From: Pristiophorus japonicus
Lineage: Eukaryota
Assembly (NCBI RefSeq): GCF_044704955.1
Contig: NC_091980.1
Span: forward strand, 275,652,001-275,716,000
Length of the DNA: 64,000 nucleotides
Direction of reading: 5' to 3'
Shown here: positions 26,047 to 39,330 of the stretch, in pieces
How positions within the stretch are numbered: position 1 is the stretch's first letter
Layout of the letters: the number at the start of each line of letters is the position of its first letter
Notes under the pieces: generated by a model
What the model was told of the DNA's origin: nothing
Databases searched by the model: none
The model's input: the letters and a program-made list of their open reading frames with translations, nothing else
Program-made: the position numbers and the translations under genes

Positions 26047-29000
26047 GAGCTAGACTTTCGGCACATTATCGCCCATATAAGTGCTGAGATGCAGGCTATC
26101 GCCCATATTTGATGAAAAGTGGAAACTAGCGCCCAATTATAGCCCATTTATCACAAGCCCAACTTTCAGCATACATGAATGAGCAGCATCGCCCGGCTAC
26201 TTTTTTAAAAAAATGACATCATCCTCGTGCAAAGCAGAGAATAGTGCTCATAATAGAAACTTGCGCCCGATTATGGGCCAGATTATCGCCAAGCGCTACT
26301 TTCGGCATTTCACCCACAATTCGCCCAAATGATCGCTGGCCCAAAAAGATGCTGAAGAAAAGCTGCAATAACTCGGCACTACGAGGAGGATCTGTAGAAA
26401 AAGGCTGTCAGGAGAATCAATTTGTGAGTGATTTTAAGGGCCTTTTTGACTCTTGCCAATCATCTAATCACATTTGTATTTGTTGAGGACAAATTAAGAG
26501 CATCTATAATGAGGGGGGGGGGCTGTAATTTCTCAACCAGTATTGATCATTAATCTCATGCTGCAGAATAGAGATAGGAGAATAACATGAGAAAAGTTAC
26601 ATACAAGTAATATATGCCAGCGAGGAGAAAGGGTGTAAGAAAAAGGAGAGCCATCCGTGGCTAACTAAAGAAATAAAGGACAGTATCCAATTAAAAACAA
26701 GGGCATACAAAGTGGCCAAAACTAGTGGGAGGACAGAAGACTGGGAAGCTTTTAAAAGCCAGCAAAGAATGACTAAAAAATGATTTAAAAAGGGAAGATA
26801 GACTATGAAAGTAAACTAGCACAAAATATAAAAACAGATAGCAAGTTTCTATAGGTATAAAAAGGAAAAGAGTGGCTAATGTAAATGTTGGTCCCTTAGA
26901 GGACAAGACCACGGAATTAGTAATAGGGAACATGGAGATGGCAGAAACTAACAATATCCCAACAGTGGCTAGTCAAGGGGGTGGTACTCAGTAAGATAAT
27001 GGGACCAAAGGCAGATAAATCCCCTGGACCCGATGGCTTGCATCCTAGGGTCTTGAGAAGTAGTGGCAGGGATTGTGGATGCATTGGTTGTAATTTACCA
27101 AAATTCCCTGAATTCCAGGGGGGGGGCCAGCAGATTGGAAAACTGCAAATGTAATGCCCCTATTTAAAAAAGGAGGCAGACAAAAAGCAGGAAACTATAG
27201 ACCAATTAGCCTAACATCTGTGGTTGGGAAAATGTTGGAGTCCATTATTAAAGAAGCAGTAGCAGGACATTTGGAAAAGCATAATTCAGTCAGGCAGAGT
27301 CAGTATGGATTTATGAAGGGGAAGTCATGTTTGACAAATTTGCTGGAATTCTTTGAGGATGTAATGAACAGGGTGGATAAAGGGCAACCAGTGGATGTGG
27401 TGCATTTGGAATTCCAGAAGACATTTGACAAGGTGCCACATAAAAGATTACTGCACAAGATAAAAGTTCACGGGGTTGGGGGTAATATATTAGCATAGAT
27501 AGAGGATTTGCTAACTAACAGAAAAGAGAGAGTCGGGATAAATGGTTCATTCTCTGGTTGGCAATCAGTAACTAGTGGGGTGCTGCAGGGATCAGTGCTG
27601 GGACCCCAATTATTTACAATCTATATTAACGACTTGGAAGAAGGGACTGAGTGTAACGTAGCCAAGTTTGCTGACGATACAAAGATGGGAGGAAAAGCAA
27701 TGTGTGAGGAGGACACAAAAAATCTGCAAAAGGACAAAGACAGGCTAAGTGAATGGGCAAAAATTTGGCAGATGGAGTGTAATGTTGGAAAGTGTGAGGT
27801 CATGCACTTTGGCAGAAAAAAATCAAAGAGCAAGTTATTATTTAAATGGAGAAAGATTGCAAAGTGCCGCAGTACAACGGGACCTGGGGGTACTTGTACC
27901 TGAAACACAAAAGGATAGTATGCAGGTACAGCAAGTGATCAGGAAGGCCAATGGAATCTTGGCCTTTATTGCAAAGGAGATGGAGTATAAAAGCAGGTAA
28001 GTCTTGCTACAGCTATACAGGGTATTGGTGAGGCCACACCTGGAATACTGCATCCAGTTTTGGTTTCCATATTTATGAAAGGATATACTTGCTTTGAGCG
28101 CAGTTCAGAGAAGGTTCCGGAGATGAGGGGGTTGACTCATGAGGAAAGGAGGAGTAGGTTGGGCCTCTACTCATTGGAATTCAGAAGAATGAGAGGTGAT
28201 CTTTTCGAAACGTATAAGATTATGAGGGGGCTTGACAAGGTGGATGCAGAGAGGATGCCGAGACTAGAACTACAAGGCATGATCTTAGAATAAGGGGCCG
28301 CCATTTAAAACTGAGATGAGGAGAAATTTCTTCTCTCAGAGGGTTGTAAATCTGTGGAATTCGCTGCCTCAGAGAGCTGTGGAAGCTGGGACATTGAATA
28401 AATTTAAGACAGAAATAGACAGTTTCTTAAACAATAAGGGGATAAGAGGTTATGGGGAGCGGGCGGGGAAGTGGAGCTGAATCCATGATTAGATCAGCCA
28501 TGATCTTATTGAATGGCGGAGTAGGCTCGAGGGGCCGTATGGCCTTCTCCTGATCCTATTTCAAAAAAAAATTAAGTGCATTGCTGTAATGTCAGGGTTA
28601 ATATTAATCATGGATTTTGTCCCCCTCTGGTCCACAGTACAAGTCGAAGCAGAACTAGGGTATCATCCCATGAGGGAGGAAATAGAGTTCACCTCAGTTG
28701 GCTGAAAGATTTTATTTTATAAACAACAGGGGCTAGAATAAAAGAAAGGTTCTATAATGTTATTGATGGGGACCAAGACCCCTTTTCATTCTGTCAACCC
28801 CCGTGGGAAAAGTTCTTTGCCTGAAAAAAAAACACGATTGAGCAAAACTGCCGTTGCTATGGACGCCAGCCCTGCACGACTGAATACATCGCTAAGGACC
28901 ATTTCACATTGCAAGGCTATCGCCCAAATTAAAAAGGCAAAACTAGCGATTTTTAAAATGGACGATATTCCAGTGATGCTGAAAAATAAAAAAAGCACTA

Positions 29001-29057
29001 AGGCTGGAAATATCGCCCATTTTGGGGCGATAGCAACCATAGTGGAAAGTCTAGCCT
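26047..29057. mobile_element. Non-autonomous TIR element (PIF/Harbinger-like) carrying a CR1 insertion
   Basis: TIR GCTAGACTTTC / GAAAGTCTAGC; AAG on both flanks; subterminal ATCGCCC repeats at both ends. Confidence 0.6.
26610..28563 (+). mobile_element. CR1/HER LINE, 5'-truncated, RT domain decayed
   Basis: ORFs NYRPISLTSVVGK, KSCLTNLLEFFE, FDKVPH, GVLQGSVLGP, KFADDTK. Confidence 0.93.
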
Positions 29058-29797
29058 AAGGCATTTCTACGTCTAATCCAGCATTGCACGTTCCCAGTGT
29101 TAGCTTGACTCAGTTAGTAGCACTCATATCTCACAGTCTCAAGGCTGTAGATTCAAGCTCCACTCCAGGTCTAGAGCACATAATCTAGGCCAACACTTCA
29201 GTGCAGTATTGAGGGAGTTAGACTGAGGCCTTGCTTGCCTATTCACATGGACGTAAAAGATCCCATGGCACTATTTGAAGAATAACCGGTGTCCTGGACT
29301 ACATTTATCCATCAACCATTACCATCAAAACAGATTAATTTATCATGATACAATAGCCTAGTGGTTATGGTACTGGACTCACAACCCAGATGGCGTGAGT
29401 TCAAATCTCACCTTGGTAAGGTATAAAATGGAATTCAATAAATCTGGAAACAAAAAAATGACCAAAGTGAAAAATGAAATAAATTGTCGTATAACCCAAT
29501 GCCCTTCAGCGACCCACCCTGTTAATGCCATCAGGGCAATCAGGGATGTCCAATACATAATTTCTTGTCAGTATCGCCCATATCCTAAGAACAAATAAAA
29601 AATTAATTTGCTGTTTGTGGGACTTTGGCTGCATTTTCCCACATAATAAATCCATAACCAGCGGGCACAGATTTAAGGTGATTGGCAAAACAACCAGAGA
29701 TGCCATGATGAGTCATGTTTTCACTCAACAAGTGTTAGGATTTGGAATGCACTGCCTGATAGGGTGGTGGTGGTGGAAACAGATTTAATAGTAGCTT

Positions 29798-30490
29798 GAC
29801 AAGTGTGTATCATCAATAGTTATTTCACTGGTAAAGGTGACCTAGGGTGAGAATATACAAGCTTCCACAACAATGTTTGGAGGAGGGGAGGAGAACGAGG
29901 GCACTATTTTAGCCTTGTAAACAAATGATACACTGAAAAGGGGTATAACATCAACAGGTATGCACTTAATAGTAAAGAGAATCGGACAAATACAAAGAGA
30001 AAAAAATTGCAGTGATATGGGGAAAGAACGGGATAGTGGGACTAACTGGATTGCTCTTTGAAAGAGCTGACACAGACTTGATGGGCTGAATGGCCTCTTT
30101 CTATGCTATATTATTCTATGATTCTATGTGACTACACTTCAAAAGTTATTAATTGATTGTAAGGTGTCCTGAGGATATGAAAGGCACTATACAAAATGCA
30201 AGGTTTTTGTTTCTTTCCTGGTCTATATAGCTTAGCTCTGCACTGAATAATCTGGAGTCACTGGGAGATCCAAGATATTTTCCAAATCACATTGCAGCAT
30301 GCAGAACGAGAGTGTGAGGACAAGTGTGTATCATCAATAGTTATTTCACTGGTAAAGGTGACCTAGATTGAGAATATACAAGCTTCCACAACAATGTTTG
30401 GAGGAGGGGAGGAGAACGAGGGCACTATTTTAGCCTTGTAAACAAATGATACACTGAAAAGGGGTATAACATTAACAGGTATGCACTTAA
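29798..30490 (+). repeat. 172-bp near-identical direct duplication (29798-29969 and 30319-30490)
   Basis: GACAAGTGTGTATCATC...GGTATGCACTTAA present twice with about 3 mismatches. Confidence 0.92.
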
Positions 30491-31499
30491 AAAAAGTCCC
30501 ATTCACAATTCTCCATATTTATTTAAATAGCAACAGTCTAGGCTAAAATGCCACATGAATGTGTGCCGCTGTTTGCACTTTGCTTTTTTGCCTTTGTTCC
30601 CCTCCCCAGCTGAAATGAACAAGAGTGAGACGTCATTGCTCTAGTGCCACTGGAAAATGTGCAACTTGTCTCCGTAGAGTCTGATCTGCTATGTGGGTGG
30701 AAGGCAAACGCACTGAAAGGAATGCTGTGCTGCGGGAGACTACTTGGGAATGAATTTCAGCTCCCACAATGATAAATGCAACGCCTGATGTGGTAAGGAG
30801 CTAGCTACAGAGACTAAAGTGCCAGGGTTATTGCCTGATCTAGGGTGTGTGAGCTTCCCTCAGCTGGGGCAACAATGCGGGCACTTCCATTGTCCTCTAC
30901 GACTCCAAAACAGGGAGTGGGAGAAAGAAAAATCAACCAGGGTCCCCACTCGCCATCACTCGTGACCCTTGTTGAAAAGGAACAGGATTGATTAAATATC
31001 CAGCTAATGCTCACTGTTTAGGATCACTCGTCTTATTGCCCTGGCTGATGGCAATTGGCATCACCAATTTAGAGGTAAACATGTGCCCCCTTCTTAAAGG
31101 GGCATAACCAATAAAAACCGTAACTTAACCAATTAAATCAAAATGTTATTCCCCGGGGTGATGATGCATTCCAGTCCCTCCGGGGCCCACAGTTTAGGCT
31201 CAAACCTGCCACTCGAGCGCGATGGTGGAAAGCAGCCAGCACCCATGACCTGATAACTCTGCGTGAATCGGTGCTTTCAGAGAGGCAATGGGGAAACACG
31301 AGAGACAAGAAGGAACAAGTTGTCTTGAAGTTACAAAAGTGTCCTCTAGCAGTTCTAAATACCACATTCTGTACCACAGATGTTACGCTTACAGTGCTGC
31401 CTTATCAGCTGCTCTCAGAGCTTTTTCCAATCCTAACTGAATGCACATGCAATAAAATGCCGCAAGCACCAATTTGTTCCTCTGTGAACAACTGTTAAT

Positions 31500-32645
31500 T
31501 ACATAGAAACATAGAAAATAGGTGCAGGAGTAGGCCATTCGGCCCTTCGAGCCTCGATCACCATTCAATAAAATCGTGGCTGATCATTCCCTCAGTACCC
31601 CTTTCCTGCTTTCTCTCCATACCCATTGATGCCTTTAGCCATAAGGGCCATATCTAACTTCCTCTTGAATATATCCAATGAACTGGCATCAACAACTCTC
31701 TGCAGTAGGGAATTCCGCAGGTTAACAACTCTCTGAGTGAAAATGTTTGTCCTCATCTCAGTCCTAAATGGCCTATCCCTTATCCTGAGACTGGGTCCCC
31801 TGGTTCTGGACTTCTCCATCATTGGGAACATTCTTCCCACATCTAACCTGTCCCGTCCCGTCAGAATCTTGTAAGTTTCTATGAGATCCCCTCTCATCCT
31901 TCTAAACTCCAATGAATAAAGGCCCAGTTGATCCAGTCTCTCCTCATATGTCAGTCCCGCCATCCCGGGAATCAGTCTGGTGAACCTTCGCTGCACTCCC
32001 TCAATAGCAAGAACGTCCTTCCTCAGATTAGGAGACCAAAACTGAACACAATATTCAAGGTGAGGTCTCACCAAGGCCCTGTACAACTGCAGTAAGACCT
32101 CACTGCTCCTATACTCAAATCCCCTAGCTATGAAGGCCAACATACCATTTGCCTTCTTCACCGCCTGCTGTACCTGCATGCCAACTTTCAATGACTGATG
32201 AACCATGACCCCCAGGTCTCGTTGCACCTCCCCTTTTCCTAATCTACCGCCATTCAGATAATATTCTGCCTTTGTGTTTTTGCCCCCAAAGTGGATAACC
32301 TCACATTTATCCACATTATACTGCATCTGCCATGCATTTGTCCACTCATCTAACCTGTCCAAGTCACCCTGCAGCCTTTCAGCATCCTCCTCACAGCTCA
32401 CACCACCACCCAGCTTAGTGTCATCTACAAACTTGGAGATATTACATTCAATTCCTCCATCACACCCCACTAGTCACTGCCTGCCATTCTGAAAAGGACC
32501 CATTTATCCCGACACTCTGCTTCCTGTCTGCCAACCAGTTCTCTATCCATGTCAGTACATTACCCCCAATATCGTGTGTTTTGATTTTGCACATCAATCT
32601 CTTGTGTGGGACCTTGTCAAAATCCTTTTGAAAGTCCAAATACCA
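31500..32645 (-). mobile_element. CR1/HER LINE 3' part with a long open ORF2 fragment
   Basis: 292-aa ORF 31592..32470 (KFVDDTKLGG...RPHLEYCVQFWSP...RGDLIETYKI) and (TTTCTATG)n tail. Confidence 0.93.
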
Positions 32646-35365
32646 CGGAGGGATTTGAAAAGAAGGATGAGAATTTTAAAAGTGAGGCTTTGCCAAACTG
32701 GCAGCCAATGTAGATATCATACTAAAATTATATAGGTTTGCTAGCCCCTCCAACCAGAGTCTCTTCCATGCTCCCCCCGACCCAATCCACCCCTCAACCC
32801 CAGCCCACCCCACTTCATCCAATGCCTAAAATCTTGGCTCTTTTCCTGACAGACTTTTGAATGACATTCTATTCCAATCTGACAAGGTGTATAGTAATTT
32901 TATTCTTTAGTGCAATGTACATCAGTTTTACACTCTCAAAAAGGTAATAGCATAAATACAACATTGTCCAGTCCATAGCTTTTCACATCTCAAGTAATGC
33001 ACCTCACAGAAACATCCAGCTTTGCTCAGTTAATGGCTCTAACAATTCTGTGCTACCAGTGGGATGCTGGCTCACCAGAGTAATTTCTGGAAGACCTATC
33101 AGCTGACATGAATATTCACTCATCTTTTCTGAGGTTGAAGGGCCCCCTGTTGAACAATTTCCCAGGCCCTGATCAAGACCTAGTAAGTTCTTGCTCGAAA
33201 TGTCAAACTGTATGAGCTTGTGCTCTATCTCCCTAATAAGGGATTTATGTTTTCCATAGGACTTTTGTTCAAATTTCAAATTCTGCTTGAATTTAGGATA
33301 TGGCGGACTTATTTATTTTTTATAGTGGGGTTTAAAATACAATGGCAACACTTTACGCCACCCAGAATTTAGCCTTACAGAGACCTCTGCTACAATTGTT
33401 TTATCAGAATCCCTGAATGACAGACAATCGCTTCAAGCTAGGTTCTGTGGACATAATCTTATTTTCCAATTCTCAAAAAACACAAGTTAGGATTTATCTC
33501 ATTGACACCAAGTATTAAAGTTCCCTCTTAAGTACCCAACTAAGCTAACGAACACTGCCTTTGAAAAAACATTGAGAAAAACTAAATGATGACTTCAGGT
33601 ATAATAAGTGCCCCATCATGTACTATGCTACAAGCAAAAAAAGCAGTAGCCACAACAGCCCAATGTTCAACTGTGAAAGTAAACAATGTAACAGACACTT
33701 TAATGACCAATTTAAATTGTTCAATAAAATGAACTGCAAAGATTAGATATCAGGTGGTTCTTTCCCCAGAGAATAGTGGACCTCTGGAACAGGCTGCCAT
33801 CTTGTGTGGTGGATGCTGATTCGCTGAATTCCTACAAATAAGAGCTGGACCTGTTTCTGACTGGGGTGGAGATAAACTCTTACAGAAGGTGGGTACTGCA
33901 GGGAATTCAGAGCCAATGTGATCTCCTGGACTAGTATCAATCACCCAGATGGGTCTTGGAGGAATTTCCGAGATTATTTTCCCCCAAATTGGCCTGTTTT
34001 TTTTTAAATCTGGATTTCGGCTCTCCCAGGAAATCAGATGGTCTCAGATGAGGAGGGGAGTTTATATTGTGATACACAAGGTATTGCAATTGTGTGGCAC
34101 TGGCTCGATGGACCAGAGAATCTTTACCGACGTGAGCTGCACTGCCTCCTGCACAGCCTTCCTCCCCACCGTGTGGTCCATTTAATTTTTGCGCATGCAC
34201 GGTATCTACAAATTTAAGCCGGTGAGTGGCCTGCGCGGGACCTTACAGATGACCACGCGGCCATGCAGCTCAACGGGAACATTGTTCGTATGTTACCTTT
34301 CACAGGGCTAATATTCCTATGAAGGGCCTTGGGACATTTTGCTACTTTAATGGCGTTATATAAATGCAAGTTGTTGTTGATGGATTGGACCCAGGTTTAC
34401 ATTAGCTTTTAAGAGACAATGATGAATTCAAAAGTTATTTCTGATTTCAAGGGTTCTGTGCAGTTCATGCAAAACATAGGATTGAAAGCAGGATCCACGC
34501 ATGGACAAGATTCCAGGTTGCATCAATCATTTACAATGCATCCCTTTATCTACTTCAGATTAAGCAGTATACTAAAGGTCTGCATCAGAGGTTGTGTGCT
34601 GGTCCCATCTAGTGCCCGTTTTTTGACAGCCAACGGGGCTCCAAACGGATCAGAAGTGGAAATGCAGTGATCAGATTCAAACCACAACGGGTTAAACGAG
34701 GGGCCATTTCTAGATTACTTTGCAGCACTACAGCCCCTCAACAATGTCATTGTATACACAGCAGAACAATATTACTAACTGAAGACGAGGCCTCTGAGAC
34801 AGTAATACTCCATGTTTTAACTAACATGGAGATCCCTGCGCCTCTTCAAACAGCATCCTCAAGGCTCCGAGTCAGCAGTAACTTTAACAGTGTATAAAAG
34901 AGCACTCGGCTATCGGCTCTGCAGCCTGCTCCCAGCAATCGGCTCTCAGCTCCACCGCCTCGTGCAGTCCTACATCCAGAAGCACTTTCTCCATTCTTAA
35001 ACTTTGATCAGAAAGCGACCTTCCTCTTTCAAAACAGCGCGTTCGCAGTGCAATGCAAAAGACCAGGGTAGAGGGTAAAGAAAAATAGGGGGGGGGGGAA
35101 GATAATGTACTTAAAATATTCTGCAAATTAAAAAAAGAAATGCAGCATAACCTACAGATCTAATCTCCAAGGATCTTGTTCTTTTCTATACCTAGAGAGT
35201 AGCACTGAACCCCCTAACCCACCAAAGTGAGCCCACTGGTGATTGCCCGCAGGTCAATGGTTATTTCTGCTTCTCTCCCCCTTCCTCCTTTGGCTTTGCA
35301 CATGGAGCTCTTGCATCAGGGAGCGTTATTTCCTGCTGCCAGCCCCAAGCCCAACCAATTCATTG

Positions 35366-35371
<6 letters not shown>

Positions 35372-35403
<32 letters not shown>

Positions 35404-35414
35404 GAGAGAGAGAG
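35372..35414 (+). repeat. Compound (TA)n/(AG)n microsatellite
   Basis: Direct reading; about 27 bp from the ITPK1 splice donor. Confidence 0.9.
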
Positions 35415-35440
35415 GGGGGCTGGGTGGGTCTTGTCTTTAC

Positions 35441-35535
35441 CTGCAAAGGTCTGCGAAGGCCTGGAAATTCAGCTTTTTGATCTTCTTCTCGCTCAGCCAG
35501 TATCCGACTCGCTTGCCTTTGAGCCAGGTCTGCAT
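35441..35535 (-). CDS. ITPK1: ITPK1 (inositol-tetrakisphosphate 1-kinase) first coding exon
   Basis: ATG at 35535 gives MQTWLKGKRVGYWLSEKKIKKLNFQAFADLC(R), donor AG|GTAAAG; probable acceptor at 35598 (atttccAG). Not in the ORF track. Confidence 0.96.
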
Positions 35536-35899
35536 CTTGAAGGCGGAACAAGTGCGGAAGTGAAATCTAAGCCGTGTGCGTCCCGTAGGTTAGCAAACCT
35601 GGAAATCAATGGTTTACGAGGAGAGAGAGAAGGGGGGAAGTTAAAGGAACCGAATGGTTAAGTGCAATCTCCAATCGCGCACCCGGAAAATAATAACCCG
35701 TTACTTAAAAAAAAACATTCACATTCTCAGCTGGGAATGTTGATCAAGCACGACTTTAATCCAGCCTATCTGCAGTTATATATATATTTTTTAATGCATT
35801 TATATTTTCTTTGCAATGCACAGTAACTAATATCCAAAAGATTGCACATTTTAAAATCAGACGAGAAGTATAAAGACCTCTATCAATGCTGATTGTCCG

Positions 35900-36340
35900 G
35901 CTCATCACAAATCCTTCTCCTTGGTATTGGCGCCTGGGGTTTTGATCAGCCGCCGCTGCTCCGAGATCTCCCCCCTCTCCACCACCCCACTGACTAATCG
36001 TCTCTCAATGCACCGAGTCCGGCCGACACACCACACCCCGGGGCTGCTTTCAGCACAGCGCGGCCATCCAGCCCAGTCTCCGGCCACATACACAGGCGGG
36101 CAGCGAGGGAAGGGCGGACCAGAGAGCGAGAGCCGGCGGCCGCCTGCAGGCAGCCCGATTCCACCACCCACCCCCAAAGCCTCTCAGCTCATTGAAATCA
36201 CACAAACCCCGCTCGGCACAGGGGAAAAAAATACATAAATACCGGCAGCGGCGGCTCGGGATCGACAGGGGGCGCTCCCGGCCGCTTCCCAACATCTCCC
36301 CCCCACCACTGCCCCTTAAAGGTGTCCTGTCTGGCTGCAC
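35900..36340 (-). promoter_or_regulatory. CpG-rich ITPK1 promoter / non-coding first exon region
   Basis: CpG density far above background; possible donor CCG|GTATTT at 36243. Confidence 0.6.
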
Positions 36341-38211
36341 CCCATAAAATAATTCATCTACTGTGCTCCAGATTTCTTCACAGCGCTTCTTCAATGCTGC
36401 ATTTTTTTTTTAAATCTTGCGTTTTAAAATGCACGCTAGTTCTAGTCCTCCTGCTTTATTTTGTACAATCAAAATTGCTGAGATACTCATATTATAAACT
36501 TAGGGCTCCATGCAGCTGCAGCCCATCCGATTTGTGCGATTCTAATCGTATTCGTCGCCTCATCTTTTGCAAACAAGAAATGGAAATTATTCCGAGAAAT
36601 GATTGTCAATTCTCCATATTGTATCATTAACTTTAATTTATCTTTTTTTTTACCTCTTAAAGTGTTGAATTGTCTCTTCGCAGATAGTATGGTTTAAAAA
36701 CGAAGATCCTGCATTTATAGAAGACCTTGCATGTCATCAGCACGACCTCTCAATCAATTAATAACTTTTGAAGTAACGTTTTTTTTAAGTTTCAATCGTC
36801 TTATTTATTCATGCGGACATCATCGTTCTCAACAATTAAAAGTTATATTGGAGCAAAGATACTTCATGTCTCAAAGTGCGTGGCATGCAATGCATTACTT
36901 TGAGGTGCGGTAGCTGTTATTATGTCAAACACAATGCTGGAAACGGACGGCAGGGCTGTCAATATCCGTGGAGAGAATCGCCAAAGTGAACATTTCGTTT
37001 GTCAAAACAGTCTTGACCCACACCCGAAACATGAACGTCTCTGCCGGAGGCACGGACTCGGTCCTCGGGCACTTGCAGCACTGATTGTGATGGAATTTGA
37101 GAGATGATGATAAAGCGATCTTGAAGTCAAATTGCTGGGCTATAGAGGGTGAGTGGAGTTTGCAAATGACAGGGAGATGGCACTTCCTGTTGGTGAGTGT
37201 GTTGATTGCAGTGTTTTCGAATGAATTGCAATTTGTGGAGGTTGACTAGGAGAGCAATGGAGAAGTCGAGGCGTGGACTAGGGATTTGAGGGGCAAGGAG
37301 CCAGGGCAGGTTGGAGGAGGAGGGGCGGCGGGATGTTACTAGAGCGGTCTTGCTGACAGAATGGGCTGTGTGGCGGAAGCTCAGCTTGCGGTCAAGCAAG
37401 GTTCTTCATCTCCTGACTTAATAAAATCCTTCCAGTGTTACCTGTTATGAAGTCGCTTAGATTTTAAAACCTAATGTCGACTATGGGAACATGTACCTTG
37501 CATAAGTACATGGTAGAACCTCGCTTTTCGCCCCAGATCCCTGACAATGCTACAGCAATATATGCAATGAATTGAGGGCAGTGGTGTGAGTACACAATTT
37601 GCACTCACGAGGTGGACAACTCCCCTGGACATTTGAGTATCTTTATAATAGCATAATTTCAAAAGATTGGTACTTCCATTACTCGTGTGTAAGGGGAAAT
37701 AATTTAGTGAGGATTATAGGGCACATAAACTGCAATTGGGACTAAAAGGTCTCACCCTCAGATTACAGAAGCGCCCTCTCTTGTTTTAGGTGAGCTACTG
37801 CGCTCATCAAAGGATGTCACTGTCATTTTCCCAGTTTTGGCATCCAACGTCAACAGGACCACTCCCAGTTCAGACATGGTATAAATTGAATGCAGCGTCA
37901 AACTTGCTCTATTCTGCTCCAAGAACATACTTTAGCCTCAACTTCAGAATGGCACCCATTGCTTAGCATCATTGAAATTGCAGCCCGGAGAAAGCCATTC
38001 AATCCATAGACAATGCTCGCTCTTTAACTTGAGCTAACACCATATTTATCAAGTATCCACTTTTACATTTCTATGTAAATTATCTTCATGGTTGCTCAGA
38101 CTGTTAATTTGAGCTAAATTGTAGGCAATTGTGCGCAATGGCCCAAATCTAATCGGAACATTACACATTTCTATCATTATATTTGACAAGAGGGTGTTCA
38201 GTATTTAGAAA

Positions 38212-39330
38212 AAAAGACTTGCATTTATAGAGCGCCTTTCACAACCACCGGACATCTCAAAGCGCTTTACAACCAATGAAGTACATTTGGAGTGTAGTCA
38301 CTGTTATAATGTGGGAAACGTGACAGCCAATTTGTACACAGCAAGCTCCCACAAACAGCAATGTGATAATGACCAGATAATCTGTTTGTTACGTTGATTG
38401 AGGGATAAATATTGGCCTGGACACTGGGAATAACCCCCCTGCTCTTCTTCGAAATAGTGCCATTTCGTGGATCCAATAGTGGATCTCTTAGATCCACATG
38501 AGTGAATGAATCGCTCTGGGAGGAATGGGGCCAATTAATATCAGTAATTTTAAGTGGACGTTGGATAGGCAGTTGGCGAGAAATTCGATTGAAGGATATA
38601 AATAATGAACTGTGTCTTCTATTTTTGAAGTTTGGGGTGGTCAGTTAAACAGAAATGGGCTATTTTTCACCCTTTGCATTCCTGTGTTTCTCTTTCTGGT
38701 AGAAAAGAGTGTGGCCTTAATATTAATCGCTCAACCAACATCAGTAAAACAGATTATCTGGCCATGATCACATTGGTGTTTGGGAGTTTGCTGTGTGCAA
38801 ATTGACTGTTGTGATTCCTACATTAAAAAGAAAGACTTGGATTTATCTAGCGCCTTTCATGACCACCGGACATCTCAAAGCGTTTTACAGCTAATGATGT
38901 ACTTTTGAAGTGTAGTTACTGTTGTGAAGTAGGAAACGCAATGTGATAATGACCAGATAATCTGTTTTTGTTATGTTGGTTGAGCGATAAATAATATTGG
39001 CCAGGAAACCGGGGATAACCCCCCTGCTCTATTTCAAAATAGTACCACAGGATATTTTACATCCACTTGACAGAGCAGACAGGGCCTCACGGCACCTCGG
39101 ACAGTGCAGCACTCCCTCAGCACTGCACTGGAGTATCAGCCTAGATTTTTGTGCTCAAGTCCCTGGAGTGGAACTTGAACCCACACCCTTCTGCCTCAGA
39201 AGTAAGAGTGCTACCCACTGAACCACAGCTAGTTAACTATACTTCAAAAGTACTTCATTGGCTGTAACACGCTTTGGGATGTCCTGAGGTCGTGAAAGGC
39301 GCTAAATAAATGCAAGATTTTCTTTTTCTT
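38212..39330. mobile_element. Cluster of DeuSINE/SacSINE-like SINEs; a minus copy (about 38829-39230) is nested in a plus copy
   Basis: Repeated AAAGACTTGCATTTAT..., CAATGTGATAATGACCAGATAATCTG; tRNA-like head at 39160-39230. Confidence 0.75.

Noticed and set aside
31592-32470. 292-aa ORF as a host gene
   Set aside because: It is a CR1 ORF2 C-terminal fragment with a LINE tail.
35227-35661. ORF-track proteins overlapping the ITPK1 exon (35227..35661 +, 35360..35551 -)
   Set aside because: They are antisense or alternate-frame readings through microsatellites; the real frame starts at 35535.
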